A stretch of 61,901 nucleotides of DNA, counting the filler. It is 4 parts of 4 records of this genome, joined end to end, with 100 filler letters (N's around TTAATTAATTAA, not from the genome) between each part and the next. Parts side by side here need not be neighbours in the genome. Positions count along the whole stretch, not along the records: positions 1 to 29,807 come from SRR20825019_685; positions 29,908 to 38,821 come from SRR20825019_695; 2 more parts are not named here. One strand, given 5' to 3'. Under the pieces are notes generated by a model. That model ran no database searches and had not been told where the DNA came from. It saw only the letters and a program-made list of their open reading frames with translations. The translations under genes and the position numbers were made by a program. How positions within the stretch are numbered: position 1 is the first letter of the stretch; every line of letters begins with the position of its first letter. Of the stretch, positions 26,867 to 38,504 are shown in pieces.

Positions 26867-29773
26867 ATGTCCCACCCTGCCTTCGAGCTTGTCCGCGACG
26901 AGACCATTGCCGAGATCAAATCCCAGGCAAAACTCTATCGGCACAGGAAGACCGGGGCGGAGGTGCTGAGCTTGGTCAATGAGGACGAGAACAAGGTTTT
27001 CGGCATCACCTTCAAGACGCCGCCCGAGGATTCCACCGGCATTGCGCATATTCTCGAGCATTCGGTGCTGTGTGGTTCGCGCAAATATCCGGTCAAGAAG
27101 CCGTTCGTGGAGCTGCTGAAGGGGTCGATGCACACCTTCCTCAACGCGATGACCTTTCCGGACAAGACCGCCTATCCGGTAGCCAGCCAGAACCTCAAGG
27201 ATTTCTACAACCTGGTCGATGTCTATCTGGATGCGGTGTTGTTCCCGCTGATTTCCGAGGACACCTTCAGCCAGGAAGGCTGGCACTACGAACTCGACGA
27301 TCTCGAAGCGCCGCTGGTCTATAAGGGCGTGGTCTTCAACGAGATGAAGGGGGTCTATTCCTCGCCCGACTCGGTGATGCACACCCAGACCCAAACCGCG
27401 CTCTATCCAGATACCACCTATGGCAAGAGCTCGGGCGGCGACCCCCGGGTCATTCCCGAATTGACCTATCAGCAGTTCAAGCGCTTCCACCAGACCTATT
27501 ATCACCCCTCCAATGCACGGGTGGTGTTTTCGGGCGATGATGCGCCGGACAGGCGGCTCGAGATTCTCGATGAGTATTTCAACCAGTTCGACAAGCTCGA
27601 CGTAAACGCCGAGGTCAAGCTGCAGCCGCGCTGGAATGCGCCGCGACAGGTGTCGGGCACCTATGCCGGATCGATCGATCCGGACAAGCGCCGCGATGGC
27701 ATGGTTTCGGTCAACTGGATGCTCGATCCGCCCGAAAGCCGGGAAGAAACGCTGAGCCACGGCATGCTGAGCTATCTGCTGGCGGGCAATTCGGCGGCGC
27801 CGCTGAGGAAGAAGCTCAATGAAAGCGGACTGGGCGAGGGCATGATCGGGGGCGGCATTTCCTCCTATCTGCGCCAGCCCATGGGCGGGTTCGGGCTCAA
27901 GGGGATCGATCCGGCGGACGCCGAAAAGGTCGAAAAACTCGTGCTCGAAACGCTGGCGGAGCTGGCCGAATCCGGCTTTTCGGCCGAGCAGCGCGAAGCG
28001 GCGATCAACACATTCGAGTTCAATCTGCGCGAGCAGAACACCGGCTCCTATCCGCGCGGCATGACCTATATGTTCACCGCCTTGGGCGGCTGGCTGCATG
28101 GCGGCGACCCGCTTTCACCACTGGTCTATGAGGATGCGTTGTCCACCCTCAAGGAGAAGGCGGCCAACGGGCATTTCGAGAAAGAAATCCGGCGGCTGTT
28201 CCTCGACAATCCGCATCGCGTGACCTCAAGGATAGAGGCCGATCCCGAGCAGGGTGCGCGCGAGGCCAGTGCCGAAGCCGACAGGTTGGCGGCCGTGCGG
28301 GCCGGCCTGAGCGAGAGCGAATTGGCCGAGGTCATGGAGCGCACCGAGCGCTTGCGGGCGCTGCAGGAAAGCGTCGACAAGCCGGAGGATCTGGCCAGGA
28401 TCCCGACACTGACGCTGGACGATCTGGACCGCGAAATCCGCACGGTACCGACTGCGGAAAGCGCGATAGCCGGCGTGCGCACGCTCTATCACGACCTGCC
28501 GACGCTGGGGATCTTGTATCTCGATCTGGGGTTTGACCTGCATGTTCTCGACAAGGCCGATCTGCCCTATCTTCCTCTGTTTGGGCGGGCCCTGCTGCAG
28601 ACCGGCACCAGCAAGCAAGATTTCGTCTCGCTGACCCAGCGGATCGGCCGCACCACGGGCGGTATCGCGCAGCACCGTGGTCTTGCCAGCATGCAGGACG
28701 GCTCGGGCACGGCCGCCTGGTTCTTCCTTTCGGGCAAGGCCGTGGCGGACAAGTTCGCGGGCATGCTCTCCATCATGGGCGATGTGCTGCTCGACGCCAA
28801 TCTCTCCAACAAGGCGCGCTTCAAGCAGATGGCGCTGGAAGAAAAGGCGGGCTTTGAGGCGCGGCTGGTGCCCAGCGGCAATGCCATTGTCGACACCCGC
28901 ATCAAGGCGGGCCTGACCGAGGCGGGCTGGATTGCCGAGCAGATGAGCGGGGTCAGCTATCTCGACTTCCTCAAGGGGCTGGTCAAGCGCATCGACAGCG
29001 ATTGGGAGAGCGTCGCGGCCCAGCTCTTTGCCATTCGCGACAAGCTGTTCAATCGCGGCCGCATGGTCATCAATCTGACGGCCGATGGCGAACTCTGGGA
29101 CGGCGCCAAGGACGCATTGGAGGGCTTTGTTGGCGGCCTGCCCGAGGCGGTGTTGGCCAATGCGGACTGGAACCATGCCTTCACGCCGAAGAATGAGGGC
29201 CTGGTGATCCCGGCCCAGGTCAATTATGTCGGCAAGGGCGCAAACCTAAAGGCGCTGGGCGTCGAGCTTTCAGCGGCCGCTTCGGTCGCGTTGCGCCTGC
29301 TCAACACCACCTATCTCTGGGATAAGGTGCGCGTGCAGGGCGGCGCCTATGGCGGGTCGAGCCGGTTCGACCTGTCTTCGGGCAATTTCGCCTTCCTCTC
29401 CTATCGGGACCCGAACCTCTTGAAGACGCTCGATGCCTATGACGGGGCGGCAAAGGCCTTGCGGGCCGAGATTGGCGAGACCGACCTGGTGCGCTCGGTG
29501 ATCGGTGTGGTCGGCGATCTCGATCGCCCCGAATTCCCCGATGCCAAGGGCTATTCGGCCATGTGGCGCCTGCTCAACGGCACCACGGACGACATTCGCC
29601 AGCAGCGGCGCGATGAAGTCCTTGGCACCAGCCGGGCCGATTTCCTGGCCCTGGCCGATGCCATCGACCTGGTGGCCGAGAAGGGCCATGTCGTGGTGCT
29701 GGGCGGCGAGACGGCGATCAATCTGGCTAACGAGAAAAAGCCCGGATTGCTCAAAGTCAGCAAGGTGGTGTGA
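26867..29773 (+). CDS. Insulinase family M16C metallopeptidase (presequence protease PreP/Cym1-like)
   Basis: STGIAHILEHSVLCGSRKYP (HXXEH), FLNAMT, QEGWH, KGVVFNEMKG, YLWDKVRVQGGAYG, SYRDP. Confidence 0.95.
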   Translation: MSHPAFELVRDETIAEIKSQAKLYRHRKTGAEVLSLVNEDENKVFGITFKTPPEDSTGIAHILEHSVLCGSRKYPVKKPFVELLKGSMHTFLNAMTFPDKTAYPVASQNLKDFYNLVDVYLDAVLFPLISEDTFSQEGWHYELDDLEAPLVYKGVVFNEMKGVYSSPDSVMHTQTQTALYPDTTYGKSSGGDPRVIPELTYQQFKRFHQTYYHPSNARVVFSGDDAPDRRLEILDEYFNQFDKLDVNAEVKLQPRWNAPRQVSGTYAGSIDPDKRRDGMVSVNWMLDPPESREETLSHGMLSYLLAGNSAAPLRKKLNESGLGEGMIGGGISSYLRQPMGGFGLKGIDPADAEKVEKLVLETLAELAESGFSAEQREAAINTFEFNLREQNTGSYPRGMTYMFTALGGWLHGGDPLSPLVYEDALSTLKEKAANGHFEKEIRRLFLDNPHRVTSRIEADPEQGAREASAEADRLAAVRAGLSESELAEVMERTERLRALQESVDKPEDLARIPTLTLDDLDREIRTVPTAESAIAGVRTLYHDLPTLGILYLDLGFDLHVLDKADLPYLPLFGRALLQTGTSKQDFVSLTQRIGRTTGGIAQHRGLASMQDGSGTAAWFFLSGKAVADKFAGMLSIMGDVLLDANLSNKARFKQMALEEKAGFEARLVPSGNAIVDTRIKAGLTEAGWIAEQMSGVSYLDFLKGLVKRIDSDWESVAAQLFAIRDKLFNRGRMVINLTADGELWDGAKDALEGFVGGLPEAVLANADWNHAFTPKNEGLVIPAQVNYVGKGANLKALGVELSAAASVALRLLNTTYLWDKVRVQGGAYGGSSRFDLSSGNFAFLSYRDPNLLKTLDAYDGAAKALRAEIGETDLVRSVIGVVGDLDRPEFPDAKGYSAMWRLLNGTTDDIRQQRRDEVLGTSRADFLALADAIDLVAEKGHVVVLGGETAINLANEKKPGLLKVSKVV

Positions 29774-29778
29774 GGTTT

Positions 29779-29801
29779 CCTTCTCCCCTTGTGGGAGAAG
29801 G
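29779..29801. repeat. REP-like palindrome at the contig end
   Basis: CCTTCTCCC-CTTGT-GGGAGAAGG; the contig breaks a few bases later. Confidence 0.6.
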
Positions 29802-29807
29802 TGCCCG

Positions 29808-29907
29808 NNNNNNNNNNNNNNNNNNNNNNNNNNNNNNNNNNNNNNNNNNNNTTAATTAATTAANNNNNNNNNNNNNNNNNNNNNNNNNNNNNNNNNNNNN
29901 NNNNNNN
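29808..29907. other. Artificial contig linker
   Basis: 44N-TTAATTAATTAA-44N (stops in all six frames). Confidence 0.99.
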
Positions 29908-30643
29908 CTGGCAGGACTCGCAGGAGTCGTTTCCGCCACACACCGACCAGGCGGAGGTGCCGTGGACGAGGACGGACGCGAACAGGAGGAGCGTGATTGC
30001 TGCCAGACGGGCCATATGTCACCTTGTCAATTATCTAGTCACCGTCACACTCTCAGGCCGCGATACTTCTAGGTGTGTGCTGGCGTTGTGAACTGGCAAC
30101 CGACCGCTCAGCGGTGACCTCTCACCATCCCAAGAGAGGAGGTGGGCCAGTTCGTGTGGGTGTCACGGCGGATGGGCGGCCCGCTAACCCTGCTGCTGTG
30201 TTAGGTGCTGGGGATCCCAACTTTCTATATAATGAATGAATTGAGGAGGGCCTCATATCGGTTACTCTCAATTCAAACTCGAGTCAGCTGGCGAGAAACC
30301 GCGGGGATCCTGGGCCTGGCGGTCTCGGATTTGGGCGAGCAGTACCGACCAAACGATCGGGCTCGTGGACCCGAACTCTTGTGGTCCCAGGAGGTCAGTG
30401 GGAAAGTTCTGTAAAGCCTGTGCAAAAGCCACCTCCCGACACTTTAGCGTTGACCTGATGGGTGGCCTGGGCCAAATCTTGAAGGCTTCTTCGGGATGTG
30501 CGGGAATCTATATTTAGCGCTATATCTTACTGTAACAAAGGAGGTGAACGTTGGGGGGTCGGTCACGTCCTACGATCGGTGGGCTGCTCGTTCCTCCGCC
30601 TGAGTCTGTTCGGCCACACCACGCTGGCGCCACCAGAGGCAAT

Positions 30644-33600
30644 ATGCCAGAGTTAGCCTGCGGTCCACAGGGTGACGAACCTCCTCCTGGCAGTCCTGCA
30701 CGGAAGAAATCTCGTGTTGGATCTTCATACTGCAAGAAAACCGAGCGACTCTTCCTGAAACCTCGGGCAAGAACTCTCCAAGTTGGCACACGCCATATTG
30801 AGTTGGCTTGGGCCCACAACGCCTTGGATAAAAATGAATGCCCTTTCTGGTTCCATTGTCCAGTATTTTCTTCTGATGAGACCTGGAATGAAATCCTTGG
30901 AAAGGAGGCGGCGAAAACCTTCCGTGGTAGAATCAAGAATGTTACCGAGGGATCTAGAGACAGGATAACGTTTGAATGGTCAGCTGACTCTGGTACTTCG
31001 AGTATCAGAGTTCCCTTTCTGAACAGGAACTGGTGGCTCAAAAATGTTTCTGGCTATCTTGGCTCCGAAAGGCCTCTTGCGCGGGAGTTTGCAGAGAAGT
31101 TCACGATGCTGTTGCTTAAGCTCACCATGACTGAAGTTTCTGGCCACGACGAAGAACATGAACAAGAACAAGGGCAGAAGTCTCGCACTCAAGGCAGGCC
31201 GCCGCCCCCAAGCCGCATGGGGCAACGGTCGCAAGAACAAGAACAAGATTTTGGTCGTCGCCAAGAACAGCACGAAGATTATGAAACATGCAGCGAAGGG
31301 AGTGATGATGATTTGTCCTGCGATGCCGACGATGAGGAGATGTACTGCTGTGACAGATTCATCCAAACTGGCAAATGCTTGTGCAAGCACAACGAAGGGA
31401 TCAGCAACCGAATTATGAATGTCGTGAAGTCGCGCGAAGACGCTCTTAGAGAGTTTGACTCACAACCCGAGGGAGCACCTAATATGCTTGAACGGTAATC
31501 AATATCCGAAATCTTGTATCGATAGTGAACTAAGTTTCAGTCTTTTTCCCTGCAGGCTCCTTGACTCTAGTGAGAAGGTCTTCATCGTTGACTTCCATGC
31601 CCTGAACAATCTGAGCGATAAAGTCGAGAAGAAGAGCACGAACGCGACCAGTGATCGTGCAGCTGCTAGAAACCTATTGAAGGGAAGAACGAAAGTCAAG
31701 ATTGGCTCCAAGCGTAGTGGCTTAGGATCTGATAAGACTGGCGTGTGGACATTTACGGGCATGTTTGGAACCAGGTCAGAGATCGAGGAGCTAAGGGGGC
31801 CGGCTGAAGCGAACAAGAAGACGCTCATCAAGAAAATGTTTGCTGCGGGAGTGTTCAAGGAGGCTGCATATGTTGTTGCATCGAGCATTGAGCACTTTAA
31901 GGGACGAAGGTTGATGCAGGCAGACGCAGCGGTGCAAGTTGACATCTGTGCTCCAACAAATCGCAAGGGCTCGAAGCGGAAATCGAAGAGGAAACTCCCT
32001 CCGTATGTGAAGACTGTGGAGACGGGCATTGTATCTCGTGGATCATGTCCCAGGTGCAGGAAGAAGTCGGCGAGGTACGGAGGGGTTATTCATGCACTAC
32101 CTGGAGCAGCGATTGGCTGTAGTCATGAAGTGAAGCCCGAGCGCAATGAAAGGAAACCTCTGAAAGAATTCCATGAACGCAAGGATGTCGTCGAGTTCAA
32201 GAAGATGCAGAACGATTTGCTCAGTGTTGCAGTTGAGGTGGGAACATCTCTGGATTTGGCCCTGAAGAACCTGGAAGGCAATCGCCAGATGGGCAGCATC
32301 GAAGAAGCCGCTGCTTTCGCTGCAGAAGTAGAAACTGCGGACGGATCTGATACGAGCCCGATCCAACTCGTGAATGCTGAGAAGGAAGCCTTTGTGAAAA
32401 GCGTCATCAGTAACGTTGACGCGAGCTTGGCAACTGCCGAGTATCTGGGAGAGAACAACTACGGAAGCATAGTGGCTTGTGGTGATGGTATTCCCCTTTG
32501 TAGCGATTCCAGTTTGGCTGAAGATGAAGCGATTGCGGATATGGCAAAAGCACTTGACGCTTTGAAACTTTACCCCGGTGTTGACACTGATGGAAGAGTG
32601 AAGAAGATGCTCGAGGACCGTGTGAAGAGCTTTCGGGACCTGAAGGCGACTCATATCAAGGCTTCTGCCGACAAGCTTTTTTCGATTCAGTGTTTAGACG
32701 AGTATGTGTCCGACGTTGAGGTGATGTTCCCAGATAGGGCAATGGATGAAGTGGTGGAAGGTCATAAGGACTACCTCCAAGAGCGAAGCAAGAAGTTGAA
32801 GGAGGATATAGCCGAGGTGCAGCAGATGCAAGAATATTTGGCCAAGGTCTTAAAGAGTGATCCCCAAGACCCGTTGGCCCCTCCACCTTTGGGAGACGCC
32901 GTTACGGAGAAGTTGGAGAACCTTAACATGCACGTCGAAACCTGCCTCCTTCACTCGAGCAAACTCATTATGGAGGAAGCTGCCTATGAGAACAGTGAAA
33001 GGAAGGCGCGATTAATCGGTCTGTATGAGGTTCATCGAGACGCTGGTGCGCTGATTCGGCGTGCTGCTTCACTGATCGACCATGAGCAAACGCCAGACGA
33101 ACAGCTACTGAAGTCTGCTGAGAGTATTCACAAGGAGTTCAATGCCGTGAAGAAGAAGCGGAGCAAGTTGCACGGTGCGCGGGTTCATCCTGAGCTGTTT
33201 ATATATTCGGCCTTAGACTATCGTATTGATGCAGTGAAGGAAGACATCGAGAACCTGTTCACTGACGTTCGCTCTCGCTATCATAAGAAGAAGGGTATAG
33301 ACCAGTCGCGGCTGAATATTCGCAGGCTGAAACGAATTTATTCCGAGATTTCTAGTGAGAAGACTCGTGAAAGTGGGAGTTCTACTACTGTCCTGCAGGC
33401 CAAGATTGAATCTGCAAGGCAAAGTGCACTACGTCGAATTCGCTTTGGTCTACTTGAGAAATCGGGACGGGCTACGGAAGACCTATCAAACCATATGATT
33501 ATGTGGAAGGATGCTGTCAAAGCATACATGGACTTCTGCAACTCTGGCCAGGCGAACAACTTAAAGCGGGATTTGATTTCCGCTAAGGTTGAATCGTATT

Positions 33601-36600
33601 CCATTTGGGCAACTAGGACTGCGCGATGGAAGAGTACTCGCTGCGATCTTCCCTTTGCTACTTTCGTTGAGGTGACCAAGTTTGACCCTTCTACCGACCT
33701 TTGTGGAGGCCCCCAAGAGCCCAACAGAATGTCTGCCTGGCAAGCGGGTAACTTAGTGGCAAGCGCAAACTTGTCACGGGAGGGATACGAGGTGCTTCGT
33801 GAAGGTGACGACTTGCTGGCCGAATACTTGCCGAAGTGGAGTGACGACTTTTGTACAACGAACGCGGCTGTGTATGAGGAGCTGTGGGAGAGTTTGGCGG
33901 CAGTTGCTGACCCTTTGAACAAGCAAACACTCTTTGCTCTGGGCAAGATGGTACGTGCGAAAATGGCGTTGTGGCTGAACAGCGGGCAAGCAAACCCGAA
34001 GGAGCTAGACACGGCCTGCCTGCGGTTGACTTTGGGGCAAGATGGTGTCATGGTGTCCTCTCAGATTAGCATGTTGAACATTGGCGGCTCCATTCAAGGA
34101 CTGGACCATGTTGATCCATTGGAAGTCAGGGATGCTCTCTTGATGGGAGCTCAGTATGGAAAGGAGAGCAACGACAACATTTCTCACTACTTCACCGGAT
34201 GTATGCAAGCTTTTCCCTATGACCCTGATGACATGCAAACCGTGTGCCCGGACATACATGTGAATATTGCCGGTCGACAGTTGAAGATCCGCATCGTCAT
34301 AGGCTGGGATAAGCATTTTGTACGTATATTTGGTTATGATAGCTTGCGGGAGATCTAATGCTGCTGTTTTGTTTTCAGGCACGCATCGCTATGAAGGTGG
34401 GCTCTTCCGGATGTATGCAGTGCTTCAGCAAGAGCCGTGAATACAGTTGTGAATGCACGCATGTGCTGCCCTTTGTGAAGCCCAATAACGTCTATCCCAT
34501 GCCAGTATGGAAGGAAGGCTTCAGCGAATCAGAGCAGATGAAGTATGATGAGGACCTCAAGAAGCATTGTGATGAGCACCGAAGGATGGAGAAGGCCTTT
34601 GAGGAAGCAAAAGTGTTCAAGAACGGTATTGACTCCGACACCATGAGAGCGGGTTGGGTCGCCGCGAAGAAGGCCATTTTAAGTGAAAAGAAAGAGCTAT
34701 GGGTTCATGATCCAACGTGGGAAGACGCTGTTCTTGAACGAGAGGTTGTTACCTACAACGCAGCCGGTGATCGCACTGCAGTGGCCTCCAAGGCGGTCTA
34801 TCTACACAAGCTTGTGAGGGCAGACGGTGTCCGAAATAATGTACCAGTATTTAGTGAGGCTAGTGCGTGCTATCTACCTTACCGTGTGAACGAAATCAAT
34901 GTCGACGCAGTGAACTTTGCAAGAGGCGAGGATGACAACAATGAAGAAACAGTGAAGAGGCTCAAGGAGGAATTGGCTCCTCCACTTCCCCTGAGGGTGC
35001 TGGTAGAGGATGGCGATCAAGGATGGCTTGAGCGCACTAGTGATAGTGAGGTTTTTGGCAACTACCCAATTGGTTGTGATACGAGGTGTCTTCGGTGCGG
35101 GGGGGAGTCCGAGACAACCACGGAAACATCAAATGACGAGAACTACACCGAGGCTGTAGTGATTTTGTCGGGGCTGAAGGTGCCAGTTTGTAGGCATTGT
35201 GTCTGTGCTCTCCACATGTGCCTTAATAACACCGCGATGGTGATTAGGGTATGTGTGACCATGTCCATGAATGCTGACGAGCACCTTTATAAGTCCGGCA
35301 CGGGTATGAAATCTTATCAGAAAAGGGTTACCGATAGAATAGCCAGGACAGGCGCCAAGGTGACGTACTCTCGTAGAATGAAGAAGAGGAAGGTAACTCC
35401 GGACGATGTGGATACCTCCGTGGACAATGCAGACGATGAGAATCCCCATGAACCGGTTGCTCTGAGGGTAAAAAATTGCCATGGGAACGAGATGGGAAAA
35501 CTGTTGGACAAGCATGGTCTTCGAGACTGTGCCGCTATTCTTCGGGAAGCTTTTGAAGCTGTGGACAAGTGTTCCGATGGAGACTCGTCCAAGAAGGGTC
35601 GCGCTGTGACAGAACTGGTGATGCTGCATACTCAAATCAAGCATGAATTGTACAGTCTGGATCCTTGGGGCATGCATCGCCTAGGTGTGATCAAAGGACG
35701 GGATTTATATGGTACGGGTCCGAATATTGACTGCGTTCACAAGCCGCCTGTGGAGCGCCACGAAGATAACGAACATCGGCGTGGCTGTGCAGCCGGGTGC
35801 AAGTGCGAGGAGTGGAAGGGTTACAAGGTTCCCCATGTGCCTAATTTTACTTCCAAGAATCCTGAACGTCTCCAACATCTTTGGAACACTGTCCGCTGCT
35901 ACGTGAAAGCCCTGTCTTTCCAAAAGAAGGTGGCTCGTATAATGGCAATCTTGCGCTTTCTGTGTCCCAAGGCAATGTCGGGATCAGCTGATGATCATTT
36001 CGACTTTTTTGGGTCTTATGTCCACGATCTTGGAAAACACATGGTCGATATCATCTGGATGTACGGGGATGCAGCGTCCTTGTCTCAATTGGTATTGGAG
36101 ACGTTGAACAAGGATCTTATTAAGGCAAATCGTCATCGGGCCCCTGCTGCCGCCGCTTACAAGCGAGATGACCGGGAAGATGAGGCACGGAAGGCACCAA
36201 CATCTTGTGCTGTCTTTGCTTACACTAGAAGTCAATTGTACAAGAAGAGTCTTGACGCCATTCTGGAAACGCCGACGCCCACTCGCATCGGAAAGCGGCT
36301 TCTGTCTAGTACAGCTTGTATGCCGACTACTGATGGAGTGCAGAAGTGTGTGAAGCGCCCCGCTCGCATTGTCCGGGGGAGGGTGATGCCTTCGAGTCAC
36401 ATCATGACTTACTCTCACCCCGTGACTAGAAATGTAAGTTGTTTCAGAATTGGACACTCCCCGCTGCTGACTAGCTTGCTCTATTGCAGTCTGAGCTTTC
36501 CTCAAAGTTCACAGCATCAGCAGAACATCCAGAGGGTGAAACGCCTCGAGGTTTCTCCTCGACCTTGAGAATAGATGTCCCGCCTCTACCAATGCATGCA

Positions 36601-38165
36601 GACTTCCTGGGGTCATCTCGGTCAATGCTTACTCGGGCCGGGTCTGGCCGGTACTCCCCTTTGAATGGCCACATGGTTTCTAATGACTCGGCGTTATATC
36701 TAGAATGCGCAGAGCTGAATCGTCCAGTTCACAAGAGACTGCGGCTGGACCGTGGCGATTTGGACGAGGCTGAACATGTCAACGGTTTGCAGACTCTGGA
36801 CCAGAAACGTCAATACTTTGGAGATACCCATCCGTTGACATATGCCCATGAAATGCGAAACAAGCTATTTTTTGCTTTGGAAGCCTACCATAAGAACAAG
36901 GAAGGTGCATCAAACCCACTCTCCTTATCTAATTCACAGAAGGGGCTAGTCAGCAACTTCAAGCATCCCAACCTTCCCAATGTCATGAAAGTCGTGAATC
37001 AAGTCTCTAGGCAACTATTGGGTAACATTGGACACGTTGCAGAACGGGTGAACTCTCAGGATATGCAAAAAGAGAAGACAAGAAGAAGGAACGAAGAGCA
37101 GCCTAAAGTGCCTGATTCCTGGAAGAATCCCGACTCAGAGGACTCTAAGGACCTTCAGCTGATGAGCAGATGTATTCAAAAGGCGCTTGACCCAAGTGAC
37201 GAGGACAAAGACCGAACACCACAAGTTATTTTCTCAAAGCACTACAAGGCCAATAGAGGCAAGGCCGTCGCTAAGTTTGTGACTCAGTTCAATGAGTACG
37301 TAGGCGACTTCTTCAAGACGAAGAATTCCAATGGAAAGGCTACGGGAAAGAAGGCTTGGTGCATTGAGCGTAAGCACAAGGAAAGTTCATACTCGGACTT
37401 GGAGCTTGCACAGACTCTGGTATCTACGTATACGAATGGCGAGAAGGTCAACCAGACTGTTCCTGCTACGGCTCATGCGGCTGGTAGTGAAGATACAGTG
37501 ACATACTTCTCGAATGGTTCTCCTACATGGTCTTATCGCGATGTCAACTCTGCCCCGATCACAAGACTGCGAGAAATGCTGCGCGATGTGTCCCCCGAAG
37601 TTGAGGCCAAGCTTGCGAATGAGTCGGCCGAGTTGCTCCGGTATTTGCTTGTGTGTGTAGGCACTACTTATGCGACGAAGGACAAGTCCTTCAATCAGAA
37701 GGTGTGGATGCTCTCGGAAAGTGAGGATGATGCTGCCTGCCTATGGTGTGTATCTTATTGCTAGAATTTCCTGCAAATGCTAATGTTGTTTGTATTATCA
37801 GGAAGAAGGGTATCCTTAACAAGGATAATCTACCAGACCCCAATGATCTGCCGGAGTTCTTGGAAAAGAAGTTCATTCAAGATCATGGTGTGGCGAGATA
37901 CGATCCCAGGTTGTGTCGCCTCATCCAGGGCAACCCATTGCTTGGAACTCTCAAGAATATCCTGTCTCCTCACTCTGCGTGCAGCAAGTGTGGTCGAAAC
38001 TATGGAAGGACGCGCGAGGATCAGTGTGACAAGAGCGAGCTTGGATGCCTACCCCTGAGAGCGAAATTGTATTTTGACAAGATTGATCTTCTTGCGGACG
38101 AGTCTCAGCCAGCCCCCATACCCTTCACGGAGGCCCCCGTACAGGCAGGGCCGGGGTGCGCATAG
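30644..38165 (+). CDS. Giant intron-containing RAG1/Transib/CMC-type DDE transposase-like protein (~2429 aa)
   Basis: Exons 30644-31494, 31556-34319, 34379-36433, 36490-37745, 37802-38165 (7290 nt). All four GT-AG introns restore the reading frame. Motifs LTLGQDG, IGWDKHF...CMQC, CALHMC, HGNEMGKLL, YVHDLGKH, LETLNK. Upstream exons cannot be excluded. Confidence 0.8.
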
Positions 38166-38504
38166 GATCGTGATGCGTCATAAGTGTATTGCCGAGTAAA
38201 AGCTTTCTTTATCACCTAAAAAAAACACCTAGCGCTGTTCTAACCCTGACGGATCCTTCTCCTTCTCCACTGCTTCACCATCCCTAGCTGGCTAAATCTT
38301 TTCTAGGGGCCTTCGCTCTAGCCCCGCTTATGTGCATCTCGTAGTCAGGCGCCGGACCAAGCCAGGACCATGACAAGCACATCCTAATGGTTGCATTAAC
38401 GTGATCGCAAGTGAAAACCTCATCCACGCTGTTCTTGAACAAATAAGCATAGGTCCGGTCGTGAACCCGATCTTCTGCTGATTGATTAGGTATCCTCTTC
38501 TTCA

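Noticed and set aside
29852-29863. TTAATTAATTAA palindrome occurring three times
   Set aside because: Synthetic six-frame stop spacer inside N runs.
29908-30643. RSS-like or TIR sequence left of the RAG1-like gene
   Set aside because: I found no CACAGTG heptamer/nonamer pair and no inverted match to the downstream region; the element ends are not visible in this contig.
31158-31418. Lys-rich alternative-frame ORF inside transposase exon 1
   Set aside because: Explained by shifted reading of GAA/CAA-rich codons; the main frame splices correctly.
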